NCBI GenBank assembly: GCA_963693365.1
Contig: CAVNZM010000012.1
Span: 9,211,056 to 9,275,055 of the forward strand
Length of the DNA: 64,000 nucleotides
Source: Amoebidium appalachense
Lineage: Eukaryota; Protista; Ichthyosporea
Direction of reading: 5' to 3'
The notes below the pieces were generated by a model, which saw only the letters and a list, made by a program, of their open reading frames with translations, did no database searches and was not told the origin of the DNA. Shown piece by piece: positions 12,728 through 28,818 of the stretch (within the stretch, counting starts at the first letter, position 1; every line of letters starts with the position of its first letter). The position numbers were made by a program, and so were the translations under genes.

Positions 12728-14879
12728 TGGTGTAGGCGGCATGTTGAAGGGCCTCAGCCACAGTTTGGGGGACAGAGACTGATCTTGGACTTGATGGAGG
12801 AGGCAACGAACAATCTCTTGGAGGAACCGCATACGACGTTCAACATAGCCGTTCAGTTGAGGGCAGTCCACCGGAGCATAGCTGGTCTTGATGCCCTGGG
12901 AGAGGCAAAAAGCACGGGTAGCCTTGGAGGTGAACTCAGAGCCGGAGTCGAAGTGGTAGACACCAACTTTGGAGGGGGCATGGGTAGCAACGAGGTTGGT
13001 GTGAGCTGTGAGAATGTCCAGGGTGGTTGTACGGTCGGCCATCGGGTAGATCTTGACGAGTCCAGAGGCACGGCAGACAGTGACGAGAGCAACCTTGGAA
13101 CCTCCGTACGATGTTGTGGTAGGCTCAAAAAAATCCCAATGCCATTCATGACCGGGGATGTTGGAGTGAGGACGGTCACCCTTGAACGGAGCCTTGGTGG
13201 TTTTACCCATAATGCAGCCATGACAATCAGGAACATCACAGTCGAGGACAGACGAGGGGAGACCAATAACAAGGTCGTGCTTCACCATGTCCTTGATGCT
13301 GGTCATAGCACGGTGCCCCAGACGATGGTGCCAGATGGAAGGGTTAACACTGGTAGTGGCAGCCAGAGCCACAGGACGAGTGGGTGGTTGAATGGTGTAG
13401 TCCTTGAAGTAATACAGACCGTTGTGTAGACGGAGGTTGACGAGATGACGGCCGGTGAGTCGGTCGAAGAGGAATGACGGAGTGGAGGCATCATTCAAAT
13501 CACCCTTGATGTATTCGGCAGCAGCTTGGGATGTTGAAATGAGGAAGGCTTGGCCAGACGGGGTGTAGTAGGCTTCAATGGTAAGGGTGGCAGTGCCATG
13601 GTCGGTGGTGGTGTTGATGACGATATGGCCGGTGTGGGTGGCCAAGACGGGGGTGCCATTGAAGGCAGCAACGGGAGTCGGTGTCGGAAGGGGGGTGAGG
13701 TCATGGAAGAACTCACGGGTGGGGCAGACAGTCATGTTACACCCGGAATCCCAGGCAGGGTCGGAGGACACGGGGACGGAGCTAGCATTGTATGCCGAGA
13801 AAGCAAAGGAGACAGATTTCTCACTGCCTTGACGGGAACGGTTGTGTCTGGACATACGGCATTTCGGCTCGGGGCAATCGATGATCGTGTGATCAGGCTC
13901 GTGGCAGTAGGAGCATGCTTTCACGGACGGGTTGTTAGAACGAGCCGGGGAATCAGAACGACGGGAACCCGAGAAACGGGAACGACTGGGGGAACGAGAC
14001 GTGGACCGGAAGGCAGGCCGGTGGGGGGGAACGGGATCGGGTGTGCTGACAGGAGAGACGAGTTCGGAGGTCCGTGCTAGGGGTACGGTCAAGTCGGTTG
14101 CGTAAGTCACGGCGAGGAAGATCACGGGGGGGAGCACTAGCATTTAATGCCATGCTGGACTTGGAGGCACGGTGGGCACGGTTGCTCCGGAGTTGCATCT
14201 TGAGGTCTTGGCGTAGCTCGATGCCCTTGACGTAGTTGTGGAGGGACTCGAAGTCGGGGAATAGATTATCACCGAAGTGATAGTCTTCGATAAGACGGTT
14301 GAACTCAGGGGTGAGGTCGTCTCTGGTGGTGAGTTCATTGAAGAACTTCTCAGCTAGACGAGTGAAGTGAATGGACTCGTCTTGGAGGGACTGGAGCTGG
14401 TTCACGATGGTCTGCAGACGACTCAGGTAGGTGGTGAATGATTCACCGGGCTGAAGGGCACAGGCATCCCACTGACGGTGAAGGATGCGGATCTGATAGG
14501 GTTTGCCTTGGAGGTAGTGTTGACGGAATTTCCACATGGCCCGTTCAGGGTCCATGCCAATACGGTACTGGGCAACGGTGGTGAGGACGGAAGGGTCGAT
14601 GTTCTGAATCATATGGAGCAGGAGGCAATTGCGGGCCTCCTTGAGTTCCGCGGTAGTGCCGTAGCCGTAGAAGGGGGATTCACCGTCAACCGCGACGGTG
14701 GTAGGGGGGACGTAGTTGTCAGCAAGTACAACATCCACGAGTCGGACACCTTTAGTGCCGGTCATCATGCCGAGAAAAATGATTTCCCATTGAAAATAGG
14801 TGGTTTTGCTATCGGGACCAGTCTTCCCTTCACCTTTCCACATGGTTATTTTGTTTACACCAGTTTTGTTTGGATCCAT
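12728..14879 (-). pseudogene. copia B1 gag-protease-integrase 5' part
   Basis: ATG at 14879 (MDPNKTG); CSYCHEPDHTIIDC knuckle, WDSGCNMT protease, WHHRLGH/CHGC, HWD/FDSGSEF/NGYVER. One-base frameshift in the G-run near 14025. Confidence 0.92.
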
Positions 14880-14917
14880 GATTGAAAAACGATCGCTAGT
14901 TTTAGAGGTGTGTAGGG

Positions 14918-14941
14918 AGCGTGCAAAAGGGCTGCATAACC
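14918..14941 (-). promoter_or_regulatory. Primer-binding site of copia B (half tRNA-iMet, bulged)
   Basis: Minus strand GGTTATGCAGCCC-TTTT-GCACGCT after the LTR end ...TTTAACA. Confidence 0.85.
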
Positions 14942-15178
14942 TGTTAAATTGTATAAGTATTTGGGATGTAAGCAGAGACACAGTGGTGCAGTGTGAAAAC
15001 ACCACAGACACACACAACAACAAAACACGGAACGATCGGAGCAGTGTACACAACAGACATCAATGTTTAGACACGACTGAACTGAATTTATTCTGATCTT
15101 CGAATAAATACCTGAAATTCTTCTAAGTCCAATCCATACATGATTTCCGACCAGTCGGAAATCAGATCTATCTCTAAT

Positions 15179-17893
<2,715 letters not shown>

Positions 17894-18014
17894 ATAGAAA
17901 CCAATCACTAAGAACTAATTGCCCCCACCCCCCGCTGCCGGGATCTCCCCGAGGGTGCCCCACCCTTGCTAACCACACCTTCCCCCGAGGCTCAGACCCG
18001 GAGGCCCGCCCGCT

Positions 18015-18913
18015 TGTTAAATTGTATAAGTATTTGGGATGTAAGCAGAGACACAGTGGTGCAGTGTGAAAACACCACAGACACACACAACAACAAAACA
18101 CGGAACGATCGGAGCAGTGTACACAACAGACATCAATGTTTAGACACGACTGAACTGAATTTATTCTGATCTTCGAATAAATACCTGAAATTCTTCTAAG
18201 TCCAATCCATACATGATTTCCGACCAGTCGGAAATCAGATCTATCTCTAATAGAAACCAATCACTAAGAACCAATTGCTTTCAGAGAGATCCGGTACGCG
18301 GAGACGTACACGATAGGACACAGACACTAGTTAAGGTCAACTCGTGTCATCATCAAGGAAGTTCTAACCTATGACATACTGCAAAGACTCAGACATATCA
18401 CACTTAACCTTGATGATTGGTTAAAGCCCGGCAACACATGAAAACTAAAGTAAATTAATGAAGTCTAAAAAGTGTGTTACCGTCCAATGAACACGTATTA
18501 AGTAACACAAATCTACCTAACATATATTAGTAGAAAAGAAATACGATTATACACATGAAGACAAGGAGAGAAAGAAAAGAAAATAAGGAAGGAGAAAGAG
18601 GAAGGAAAAGAGAGCACAGATCAACAAACAAGATAGTAATAGCATAACTATAGCCAGAGATATTTATGTACACACGAACATGTACACGTCTCTCCCTGAG
18701 TGGGTGGATCCGTGTACACACATATAAATATTCTAATCGATATTACAACACACGATTAAAGCCGATACAACACGATTACAAGTATACAAGCATATCGGAG
18801 ATCGATGCTACACTTTACATAATAGGAGTGTGGCATATACACTAAGCATATGAACTGAAACATAACACAAACTGAGAAGATCTTACCATATGTAAATACT
18901 ACGTATTACAACA
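18015..18913 (-). repeat. Additional LTR-B flanked on both sides by the CCGCT TSD (solo-LTR-like)
   Basis: CCGCT at 18010-18014 and 18914-18918; matches 1990-2914 apart from a ~26-bp deletion near 18470. Confidence 0.9.
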
Positions 18914-18918
18914 CCGCT

Positions 18919-21624
18919 GCCCCAGCACCACATTGACACCTGCCGCCTCCGGGAGCTGCTGGCCTCCTACCCAGACCAATCATTCGCCGCGCAGCTCCTC
19001 CACGATGTCGAATTCGGTGTCGCCATCGGCTACCGCGGCCCCTCCACCTCTCGGGTGGGCCCCAACCTACCCACCACCCCGGCTGCTGCTGCCGCTATCA
19101 CGGCGGATATTGCCAACGAAGTCGCCCTCGGCCACCTGCGCGGCCCCCTCTCCCCGGACCAATTCTTCGCCGAATTTCCGGTCCACCGTTCCTCCCCCAT
19201 CGGCGCCTTTACTAAAGAAGGGGACCCCCACAAGTACCGTCGAATCCACCACCTCTCATGGCCCCGGGGCAGCAGCGTCAATGACAGCGTCACCTACCGG
19301 CCCGATGAACTTCAGTACATTCGAGCCCGGGACGTCACCCAGCTCATTCTCGACGCAGGCCCCGGCTGCTACATGGCCGTGGCAGACGTGCAGGCTGCCT
19401 TCCGGCACATGCCCATCCGACCAGAAGACCATCACTTAATGGCATTCAAATGGCAGGGGCATTTTTACGTTGACACCCGACTGCCCTTCGGCCTGAAATC
19501 TACTAGCCCAGCCATCTGGGAACGGATCGCGGCCACCCTCCAGTGGCTGGCACACCAGCACGGTGTTACCCTCATCCGCCACTACGTAGACGACTGGATT
19601 ACAGTCGCCCCCACCCAAGAGCAGTGCCAAGGTCACCTATCCACCTTCCTGCAACTCTGCCGAGAGCTGCACATTGCCATCTCCGAAGACAAGATGCAGG
19701 GCCCGGCTACCCGTATTGTCTTCATCGGTATCGAATTCGACTCCGTCACCATGGAGGCACGGATCCCTGCTTCCAAACTCTCGGACCTACTCGACCTCAC
19801 TTCCCACCCAACACCCACCATCACCATTCGGGAATTGCAATCCCTCCTCGGAAAACTCACCTGATGTGCCCAGCTGGTCCCCCCCGGGCGGGCCTTCTCC
19901 CAGCGCCTATGGGCCCTTCTCCGAAAACACCCACACCTTGCCGGGCACCACCACATACGGCTGTCTGCTGCCGCCCAGGCAGACATAACCGAATGGCACC
20001 AGTTCCTCATCATGGAATGGGGTGCACCTTATCACCCCCCCCACATACACCACCCTGGCCACCGATGCTGCCGGATCCGTGGGTCTAGGGGGCCACTGGC
20101 TCGACCAATGGATTTTCATGCCCTGGTCTCCCTCCACCCAAGCCCTCTATGCTCATGAGGGTAAACTCGGTTCCTCCGTCATCGAACTCTTGGCCATCGC
20201 AGCCGCCGTGGCCCTCTGGGCCCCCTCCTGGTCCACCCACCATGTCCGTATTTTATGCGACAACACGGGTGCTGTGTCTGACCTGCACTCCCGGTCTTCC
20301 CCCCACCCCGTGATGGCCAAACTTATTCGGTTCATCACCCGCATGGAAATGCAATAGCAATTTACGTTACAGGCCTCCTACCTACCGGGACCCCTCAACC
20401 ATCTAGCCGATGCCATTTCTCGTAACCAACTTCCCCGAGCCCGACGACTCCGACCTTCCCTGCAACCGGAGCCCTGCCCCTTCCCCTCCTGGGTCCACGA
20501 GTTCCTATCCTATCCCCTGGGCTATTAGTAACACCCCCCCCCCCCCCCCCCCCCAGATCTCCCCTTCCGGAGCAACGCCGGCAGATTGGCCCCCCACTTT
20601 GCTCCGGCCGAGCTGCTTCGAGCCACCACTACCCTGCAGGAATGCCAGGCCCTGAGTCTCAACCTCGACTCTTGGGCCTTTTACTCCCGGGTGCAAAAAG
20701 TGTTCATCGATTTTTGTGTGGCATCTCGGCTGCAGTCCTCCTCCGGGTCCTACCTCCCGGCCTCCCCACACACCGTGCAGCTCTTTCTCGCCTGGTGTGC
20801 CCAACGAGGGGTACAGGCCTCTTCCTTGGCCGGCTACAATTCGGCCATCACCAGACTCCACCTCGACATGGGCCTCCCTGCTCCCTACCCCCCACGACAA
20901 GTCTCTGGCCTGATTCCTCCGAGGGGTGGGCAGATGGCAGCTTTCTCACAACATCCGGCCCCGATCATCTACCAGGGAGCCCCTCCTGCCCTCCCACCTC
21001 AGCCTACTCCATGGCCAGTGCCCCACCAAGGCCTCCTCGGCCAATCTCCGGCTATGGACGGTCCTCATCGTCGGTTTTTGTGGTCTCCTCCGTTCGAGGG
21101 AATTTACCTCCAAGACCCTGTCTTCCTTCAACCCGTCCCGTCACGTTAAAAGGAAGGACGTGACCTTCAGCTACACCCCCACCGGTACTTTGTCCCATGC
21201 CACCCTCCACCTGCCAACCTCCAAGACGGATGTACAGGCCCGAGGTGTCAATGTCACTCTAGCTGCCCTGCCCCTCACCCACTTCTCCCCAGCCCATCTC
21301 CTCCGGCAGTTCCTGGATACAACGTCCGGTCAACCCAACGACCCCCTGTTCAGTCTCGGTGGCATTCCCTACACCAAGGGTGCTTTCTCTGCCGACTTCC
21401 GTGCTCTCCTCTCCCGGGCAGGCCTCTCACCCTCCAGGTTTGCCGGCCACAGCCTCCGAATCGGGGGGGCCACAGCCCTGGCTGAGGCCGGGGTCGACAA
21501 CTCCCAGATCAAACAACTCGGCCGATGGTCCTCCAACTGTTTCCTGATCTATACTCCGAGTCGACTTCGCCCGGCCTCCATTGCTGCCACTACCACACGT
21601 GTATTCGCCTCTATTCTTAAGTGA
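18919..21624 (+). pseudogene. Ngaro copy 1 RT/RNase H and tyrosine recombinase, inactivated
   Basis: Aligns to 26137-28818; TGG>TGA at 19862, TAC>TAG at 20355, frameshifts near 20010 and 20890. Confidence 0.9.
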
Positions 21625-23048
21625 AACCTTTGGAGCAAGCATACTGCTCTCGTGCCGTGGTTTACAACCATTGCAGGTTCACTTTCGTCCAAGGGGATGT
21701 CCCCCTAGAGGCAACACACGTCCCGGAGTAGTTTTTCATAGAGGTTTTATTTGTGGAATTTATTGACATAAATATTTTTTCTGGGTAAACACGTAGGATG
21801 GGTGTTCGGTACCAACATAACCATGTAGGCTTCATTTCGTGTTTTAACAGTTCGCGGTTGGCTGCCCGCACACGGGCACCTATTAGCCAATCAAAACATC
21901 AGATTCCACATATCACTAGACCGAATTTTGATTGGCTCGGATCAGATTTCACATATCACTAGATCAATTTTGATTGGCTCAGATCGGTAGGCTTGGGTAT
22001 ATAAGCACAGTTTTTAGCAGATCAGCAAGCTCCAAACACATCTTCTGTGTTTAGCACCCACAGCCTTACAGCTATAGATTCCTTTTCACCCCCCCACACC
22101 ACCCCCATTGATCCACACATACGTGCTGTTTTTTCACGGGGCGAAGACTTCCCCCGTTTTTTGGGCACAAGGACCTCACGGATCAATAAATTGATGACTG
22201 GGGGCTTGCCGTGGTTTACAACCATTGCAGGTTCACTTTCGCCCAAGGGGATGTCCCCCTCGAGGCAACACACGTTCCGAAGTAGTTTTTCATAGACGAC
22301 CCAGAATCCACAATTATACAGCCATTCGGCCTATTCCGAACACAATAAGTTCAGGAATCGAAAGTAGGCTCCTGTATGCCGTACTGTGTGTCATGTGTGG
22401 GGGTGTGTGTGTGCTTGGCGGGAGTGTATGAGGGGGTGTGTGAGCTTGTGTGTGGGTGTGGGTTTGGGTGCACCTGTGTTTGTGCATTTGTGTGTGGGTG
22501 TGCGTCTGTGTGGGTGGGTGCACGTGTATGTGATCACGTGTGGGTGAGCGCACCAGTGTTTTGAGTACGGTTGGGTGGCCAGGTGTTAATGGATATGTCG
22601 GGGCAGGATGAGCCTCTGAGGGGCAGGGGCGGGGGAGAGCGGGAAGGGTGTTTTGTTGTGTAGGTTGTGTTTGTGTGTATGTGTGATGTGTGTGTGTGTG
22701 ATGTGTGTGTGTTGTGTGTGGAGAGGGATTTGTGTGTGTGTGTGTGTGTGTTGTGTGCATGCAGTGTGTGGAGTGAAGACGAGTGAGATGTGCGATGGAT
22801 GGGACACTTGTGTGTAGGATGGAGAAGTTGGAAGGGACATTACTCTGGTACCCGACTTTTGTTCACGGTCTCCATGCATCCTTCCGCGGGGAGGTGGGCC
22901 GGGAGGGGGGGGGGGGGGGGGTGAATGGTTCTTCTCACCGGCACTGATTAAGTTAATGTTATTTATCTGTAAACTGTCCGACTTGAGAAGAGAGGGAGGG
23001 GAGGTAGGTAGGGGCAGGAGAGGGCAGGTGGTTCGGGTGTGCGTCTGT

Positions 23049-23079
<31 letters not shown>

Positions 23080-24065
23080 GGGGGGGGGCATGGGTGAAAG
23101 GGGAGTGTGGGTTGTGAGGATTGGGATGGGTACTTTGCCGACACACATACAGCTGCAGTGGCTATGAAAGGAGAATGTAGAGGGTACGTGTGTGAGTACG
23201 AATGTGTGAATGTGTGTAAAACAATGCATGGTTGAATGTGTTGCGCAAACTACCAAGTGGACATTGATTTGCGCATGTGTCGCATCCATATGGGTAGTCC
23301 TGTAGTAAACTGGCCTGCCTGCCTGCCTGCTTTCAACATCCCGTTGTGTGTGTGTGTCACGTGTTGCTCTCTCTGCTTTGGTGTGGATTCTAAACTAGTG
23401 AGACAGTCATTGAATCCCCCCCCCCCCCTCCCCCCTCGAACGTAACACCTCTGTGTTTTGATGTGAAACAAGACATTTAGGGATTTGTACGGGATTGATA
23501 ACAAAAGTCTTAGCACAGTGTAGGACGGGATTTTGGCGCGATAACAAAAGTCTTAACACAGTGTAGGATGGTTACACAAGTTTGGCACAGTGTAGGATGG
23601 TTACACACGTGGTTACACACGTTTAGCACAGTGTAGGATGGTTGCAGGATAGTACACACGTTTAGCACAGTATAGGTGTTATTTTGTGTGGGTAAACGGA
23701 GAAGCAGAGAGCACAGATGGGTGTTATGATATACACAACACAGAGACACACGGGAGAAATACAACCGGAGAGGTGGAACGATTTCTGGGACCATAGGAAA
23801 TGAATTCAACTGCTTGATATTTATTTCAAGATGAAGTTCCTTTTATACTCAGGAATGTGAAATCGATAATAAATGCTAAGCCAATCAAAAGAACGAAAAC
23901 TCTTCTATCCAATCAGAAATACGAAAACTATGAGGGTAAAATAAATCGATAGAAATACCTGTCGACACATAGAAGATAAAACACAATCTTCTAATGAAAG
24001 TAATCTTCTAATAAAAGTACCGAAACATTTAACAAAATGAAACCACTTATGTATGATATTAGTTC

Positions 24066-24413
24066 GGTTTTATTTGTGGAAATTATTGACATAAATATTT
24101 TTCTGGGTAAACACGTAGGATGGGTGTTCGATACCAACATAACCATGTAGGCTTCATTTCGTGTTTTAGCAGTTAGCGGTTGGCTGCCCGCACACGGGCA
24201 CCTATTAGCCAATCAAAACATCAGATACCACAGATCACTAGACCGAGTTATGATTGGCTCGGATCAGATTTCACATATCACTAGATCGATTTTGATTGGC
24301 TCAGATCGGTAGGCTTAGGTATATAAGCACGACAGTTTTTAGCAGATCAGCAAGCTACAAACACATCTTCTGTGTTTAGCATCCACAGCCTTACAGCTAT
24401 ATATTCCTTTTCA
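24066..24413 (+). promoter_or_regulatory. Repeat A1 of Ngaro, probable promoter
   Basis: Several CCAAT/ATTGG boxes and TATATAAG at ~24320, about 120 bp upstream of the gag ATG. Confidence 0.55.
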
Positions 24414-24444
24414 TTCCTCCCTATCTTTCCCTACGCCGGTCAGC

Positions 24445-25614
24445 ATGCCGCCGAAAAAGCGACAGGCCTCAGCCGCCACCCCTGCCGCGGCACCTAAGCG
24501 CCTGACCCGCAGCGACCTCCGCCACAGGCTGACCAACGCTCCCGCGGACACTGACGCGCCTCCAGCGGCCCATACCACCACGGACCCGGACCCGCCGGCT
24601 ACTCTCCCCTCCACTCCTGAAGTCCCCCCTCAGGCCCCGCCGTCCCCGCAGATGACTTCTCAAGACGCCGTCCTTGCCGCCCTCACCGCCATCAGCACCC
24701 AGATGGCTGGCGTCCTGGCTGCTCTCACCAACCGCGACCCTCCCGCGCCCCCCGCCGCGCCCTCCACACCCGGGGAGGTTTCCCCGGGGCTGCATCTCGG
24801 CCCTGACCTAGACCTACCTGCCCTGCCCGCGCCCCCCATCACAGGTGAGAACACTGGCGACATTCAGCCGGGCACACTCCCGCTTCCCCCCGCGGATGTG
24901 CTGGCAGATTTGCACGCCAATCGTTTCGTCGACCTGTATAAGTTCACCCCCGCCGCCCTCCTGGCCCCATCCAAGAAAGGTCAGCATCTGCGCATGGCCG
25001 ACGACGGCAGCATCGAGACTTTTCGCCAAGACAAACCCGTTCCCCTGCGTTCACTCGTCATTTGGATCCAAGCTTGGACCCATTACATGGCCGCCAAGCA
25101 CCACCTCGGCCTCCCCACGGACAAAGACGTACTTTGGACTCAGCACATCACTCGCCTCAGCACCCGATACCCGTGGGCCCAGATCCACAACTATGACGTA
25201 TACGCCCGCACCGTTGCCCACCAGCAGGGTCGGGCTCCGATCGAGTGTCCCAACCTGCTCGCCCAACTCCACCAGGATCTCCTCCTGCCACCCACTCTGC
25301 TCATCCCGGACGCATGTCAGCGCTGTGGCTTCCCCGACCACCCCAGCGCGGCCTGCCCCATGTACCCCAAGCCCGGCTGTGGTCTTGACGGCTTTAAGCC
25401 GCCCCACAAGCCCGGCGGGGGTCAAACCCCTAACCGCCTTGGCCCGCAACCCGGCCCGGCAAAACCGGCCCGACCCGTGGATCTACCCGCCACGCACTGC
25501 AGGAATTTCCACATTAACGGTCGGTCCTGCGCTAAGCAGCCCTGCCCCTTCTCCCACGTGTGCCCGCTCTGCTCTGGCACACACCCCCGCAAAGACTGCA
25601 AGCACAATGCCTAG
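24445..25614 (+). CDS. Ngaro Gag (389 aa)
   Basis: N-terminal PPKKR basic signal, CQRCGFPDHPSAAC knuckle, C-terminal CRNFH...C...CPFSH-VCPLCSGTH...C zinc fingers typical of Ngaro ORF1. Confidence 0.88.
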   Translation: MPPKKRQASAATPAAAPKRLTRSDLRHRLTNAPADTDAPPAAHTTTDPDPPATLPSTPEVPPQAPPSPQMTSQDAVLAALTAISTQMAGVLAALTNRDPPAPPAAPSTPGEVSPGLHLGPDLDLPALPAPPITGENTGDIQPGTLPLPPADVLADLHANRFVDLYKFTPAALLAPSKKGQHLRMADDGSIETFRQDKPVPLRSLVIWIQAWTHYMAAKHHLGLPTDKDVLWTQHITRLSTRYPWAQIHNYDVYARTVAHQQGRAPIECPNLLAQLHQDLLLPPTLLIPDACQRCGFPDHPSAACPMYPKPGCGLDGFKPPHKPGGGQTPNRLGPQPGPAKPARPVDLPATHCRNFHINGRSCAKQPCPFSHVCPLCSGTHPRKDCKHNA

Positions 25615-25918
25615 TCTACGCGCACACCCACACACACAGCTAGAACATAGGGGTTAGGAGCTAGGACACACGAGTACAGGGAAACGGAGCTCGGGAGAAC
25701 GGGCCAATAGGGCTGAGTACAAAATTTCGCAGGCCAACTACGGCGCCCGCGCGCGTCACGAATAAATGTCCCTACACAAAGACGTTTATTCTGGCCACTG
25801 CACATAATTTTACTCCCCCCCCTCATCCCACGAGCCTCCCCCCCCCCCCCCCCCTTACACTCACCTAGCACTCCCTCCCCCCCCCTTCTTCTACCTCTGT
25901 GTCCGCCCACACCCCCGC

Positions 25919-26018
25919 GTGCTCGGGCACATTCCCCTGCACAGGGCCCCGCTGCCCTCCCTGCCAACCCTCACTTGGGCCCAGCTGCCCTACTCGAACC
26001 CCCCGGGGCCCTGCTGCC

Positions 26019-26056
<38 letters not shown>

Positions 26057-27739
26057 CTGCCGGGATCTCCCCAAGGGTGCCCCATCCTTGCTAACCACCC
26101 CTTCCCCCGAGGCTCAGACCCGGAGGCCCGCCCGCTGCCCCAGCACCACATTGACACCTCCCGCCTCCGGGAACTGCTGGCCTCCTACCCAGACCAATCA
26201 TTCGCCGCACAACTCCTCCACGATGTCGAATTCGGCGTCGACATCGGCTATCGCGGCCCCTCCACCTCTCGGGTGGGCCCCAACCTACCCACCACCCCGG
26301 AGGCAGCTGCCGCTATCACGGCGGATATTGCCAAAGAAGTCGCCCTCGGCCACCTGCGCGGCCCCCTCTCCCCGGCCCAATTCTTTGACGAATTTCCGGT
26401 CCACCGTTCCTCCCCCATCGGCGCCGTTACCAAGAAAGGGAACCCTCCCAAGTACCGTCGAATCCACCACCTCTCCTGGCCCCGGGGTAGCAGTGTCAAT
26501 GACAGCATCACCTACCCCGACGAACTTCAGTACATTCGCGCCCGGGATGTCACCCAGCTCATTCTCGACGGAGGCCCCGGCTGCTACATGGCCGTGGCAG
26601 ATGTGCAGGCTGCCTTCCGGCACATGCCCATCCGACCAGAAGACCACCACTTAATGGCATTCAAATGGCAGGGGCATTTTTACGTTGAAACCAGACTGCC
26701 CTTCGGCCTGAAATCTAGCCCAGCCATCTGGGAACGGATCGCGGCCACCCTACAGTGGCTGGCACACCAGCACGGTATTACCCTCATCCGCCACTACGTA
26801 GACGACTGGATTATAGTCGCCCCCACACAAGAGCAGTGCCAACGTCACCTATCCATCTTCCTGCAACTCTGCCGAGAGCTGCACATTGCCATCTCCGAAG
26901 ACAAGATGCAGGGCCCGGCTACCCGTGTCGTCTTCATCGGTATCGAATTCGACTCCATCGCCATGGAGGCACGAATCCCGGCTTCCAAGCTCTCGGACCT
27001 ACTCGACCTCACTTCCCACCCAAAGCCCACCATCACCATTCGGGACCTCCAGTCCCTCCTCGGCAAACTCACCTGGTGTGCCCAGCTGGTTCCCCCCGGG
27101 AGGGCCTTCTCCCAGCGCCAATGGGCCCTTCTCCGGACCCACCCACACCTGGCCGGCCACCACCACATACGACTGACTGCTGCCGCCCGGGCCGACATAG
27201 CCGAATGGCACCAGTTCCTCACATCATGGAATGGGGTGCACCTCATCATACCACCCACATACACCACCCTGGCCACCGATGCTGCCGGATCGGTGGGTCT
27301 AGGAGGCCACTGGCTCGACCAATGGTTCTTCATGCCCTGGTCCCCCTCCACCCAAGCCCTCTATGCTCATGAGGGTAAACTCGGTTCTTCCGTCATCGAA
27401 CTCCTGGCCATCGCAGCCGCCGTGGCCCTCTGGGCCCCCTCCTGGTCCACCCACCATGTCCGTATTTTATGCGACAACACGGGTGCTGTGTCTGACCTGC
27501 ACTCCCGGTCTTCCCCCCACCCCGTGATGGCCAAACTTATTCGGTTCATCACCCGCATGGAAATGCAATACCAATTTACGTTACAGGCATCCTACCTACC
27601 AGGACCCCTCAACCATCTGGCCGATGCCATTTCTCGTAACCAACTTCCCCGGGCCCGACGACTCCGACCTTCCCTGCAACCGGAGCCCTGCCCCTTCCCC
27701 TCCTGGGTCCACGAGTTCCTATCCCTTCCCTTGGGCTAA
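25919..27739 (+). CDS. Ngaro reverse transcriptase / RNase H (true 5' end uncertain, no upstream ATG)
   Basis: KYRRIHHLSWP, ADVQAAFR, RLPFGLKSSP, HYVDDW; RNase H motifs TDAA, IELLAI, CDN, ADAISR. Confidence 0.92.
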
Positions 27740-27757
27740 CCCCCCCCCCCCCCCCAG

Positions 27758-28818
27758 ATCTCCCGTTCCGGAGCAACACTGGCAGATTGGCCCCCCACTT
27801 TGCTCCGGCCGAGCTGCTTCGAGCCACCACTACCCTGCAGGAATGCCAGGCCCTGAGTCTCAACCTCGACTCTCGGGCCTTTTACTCCCGGGTGCAAAAA
27901 GTGGTCATCGATTTCTGTGTGGCATCTCGGCTGCAATCCTCCTCCGGGTCCTCCCTCCCGGCCTCCCCACACACCGTGCAACTTTTTCTCGCCTGGTGTG
28001 CCCAACGAGGGGTACAGGCCTCTTCCTTAACCGGCTACAATTCGGCCATCACCAGGCTCCACCTCGACATGGGCCTCCCTGCTCCCTACCCCCACGACAA
28101 GTCTCTGGCCTGGTTCCTACGGGGGGTGGGCAGATGGCAGCTTTCTCACAACATCCGACCCCGCTCATCCACCAGGGCACCCCTCCTGCCCTCCCACCTC
28201 AGCCTACTCCATGGCCAGTGCCCCACCAAGGCCTCCTCGGCCAATCTCCGGCTATGGACGGCCCTCATCGTCGGTTTCTGTGGTCTCCTCCGTTCAGGGG
28301 AATTTACCTCCAAGACCCTGACTTCTTTCGACCCGTCCCGTCACGTTAAACGGAAGGACGTGACCTTCAGCTACACCTCCACCGGTACTTTGTCCCATGC
28401 CACCCTTCACCTGCCAACCTTTAAGACGGATGTACAGGCCCGAGGTGTCAACGTCACCCTAGCTGCCCTGCCCCTCACCCACTTCTCCCCAGCCCATCTC
28501 CTCCGGCAGTTCCTGGATACAACGTCCGGTCAACCCGACGACCCCCTCTTCAGTCTCGGTGGCATCCCCTACACCAAGAGTGCTTTCTCTGCCGATTTCC
28601 GTGCCCTCCTCTCCCGGGCAGGCCTCTCACCCTCCCGGTTTGCCGGACACAGCCTCCGCATCGGGGGGGCCACAGCACTGGCTGAGGCCGGGGTCGACGA
28701 CTCCCGGATCAAACAACTCGGCAGGTGGTCCTCCGACTGCTTCCTGATCTATACCCGACTTCGTCCGGCCTCCATTGCTGCCACCACCACACGTGTATTC
28801 GCCTCTATTCTTAAGTGA
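27758..28818 (+). CDS. Ngaro tyrosine recombinase (no ATG before the conserved region; probable spliced exon)
   Basis: Catalytic set LLRSGEF (R), KTD (K), HSLR (HxxR), LGRW, FLIY (Y). Preceded by GCTAAC-polyC-CAG. Confidence 0.9.

Noticed and set aside
25606-25657. ATGCCTAG start/stop overlap at the Ngaro gag end as the RT start (resembles the LINE's ATGCCTAA)
   Set aside because: That frame stops after 16 codons in both copies.
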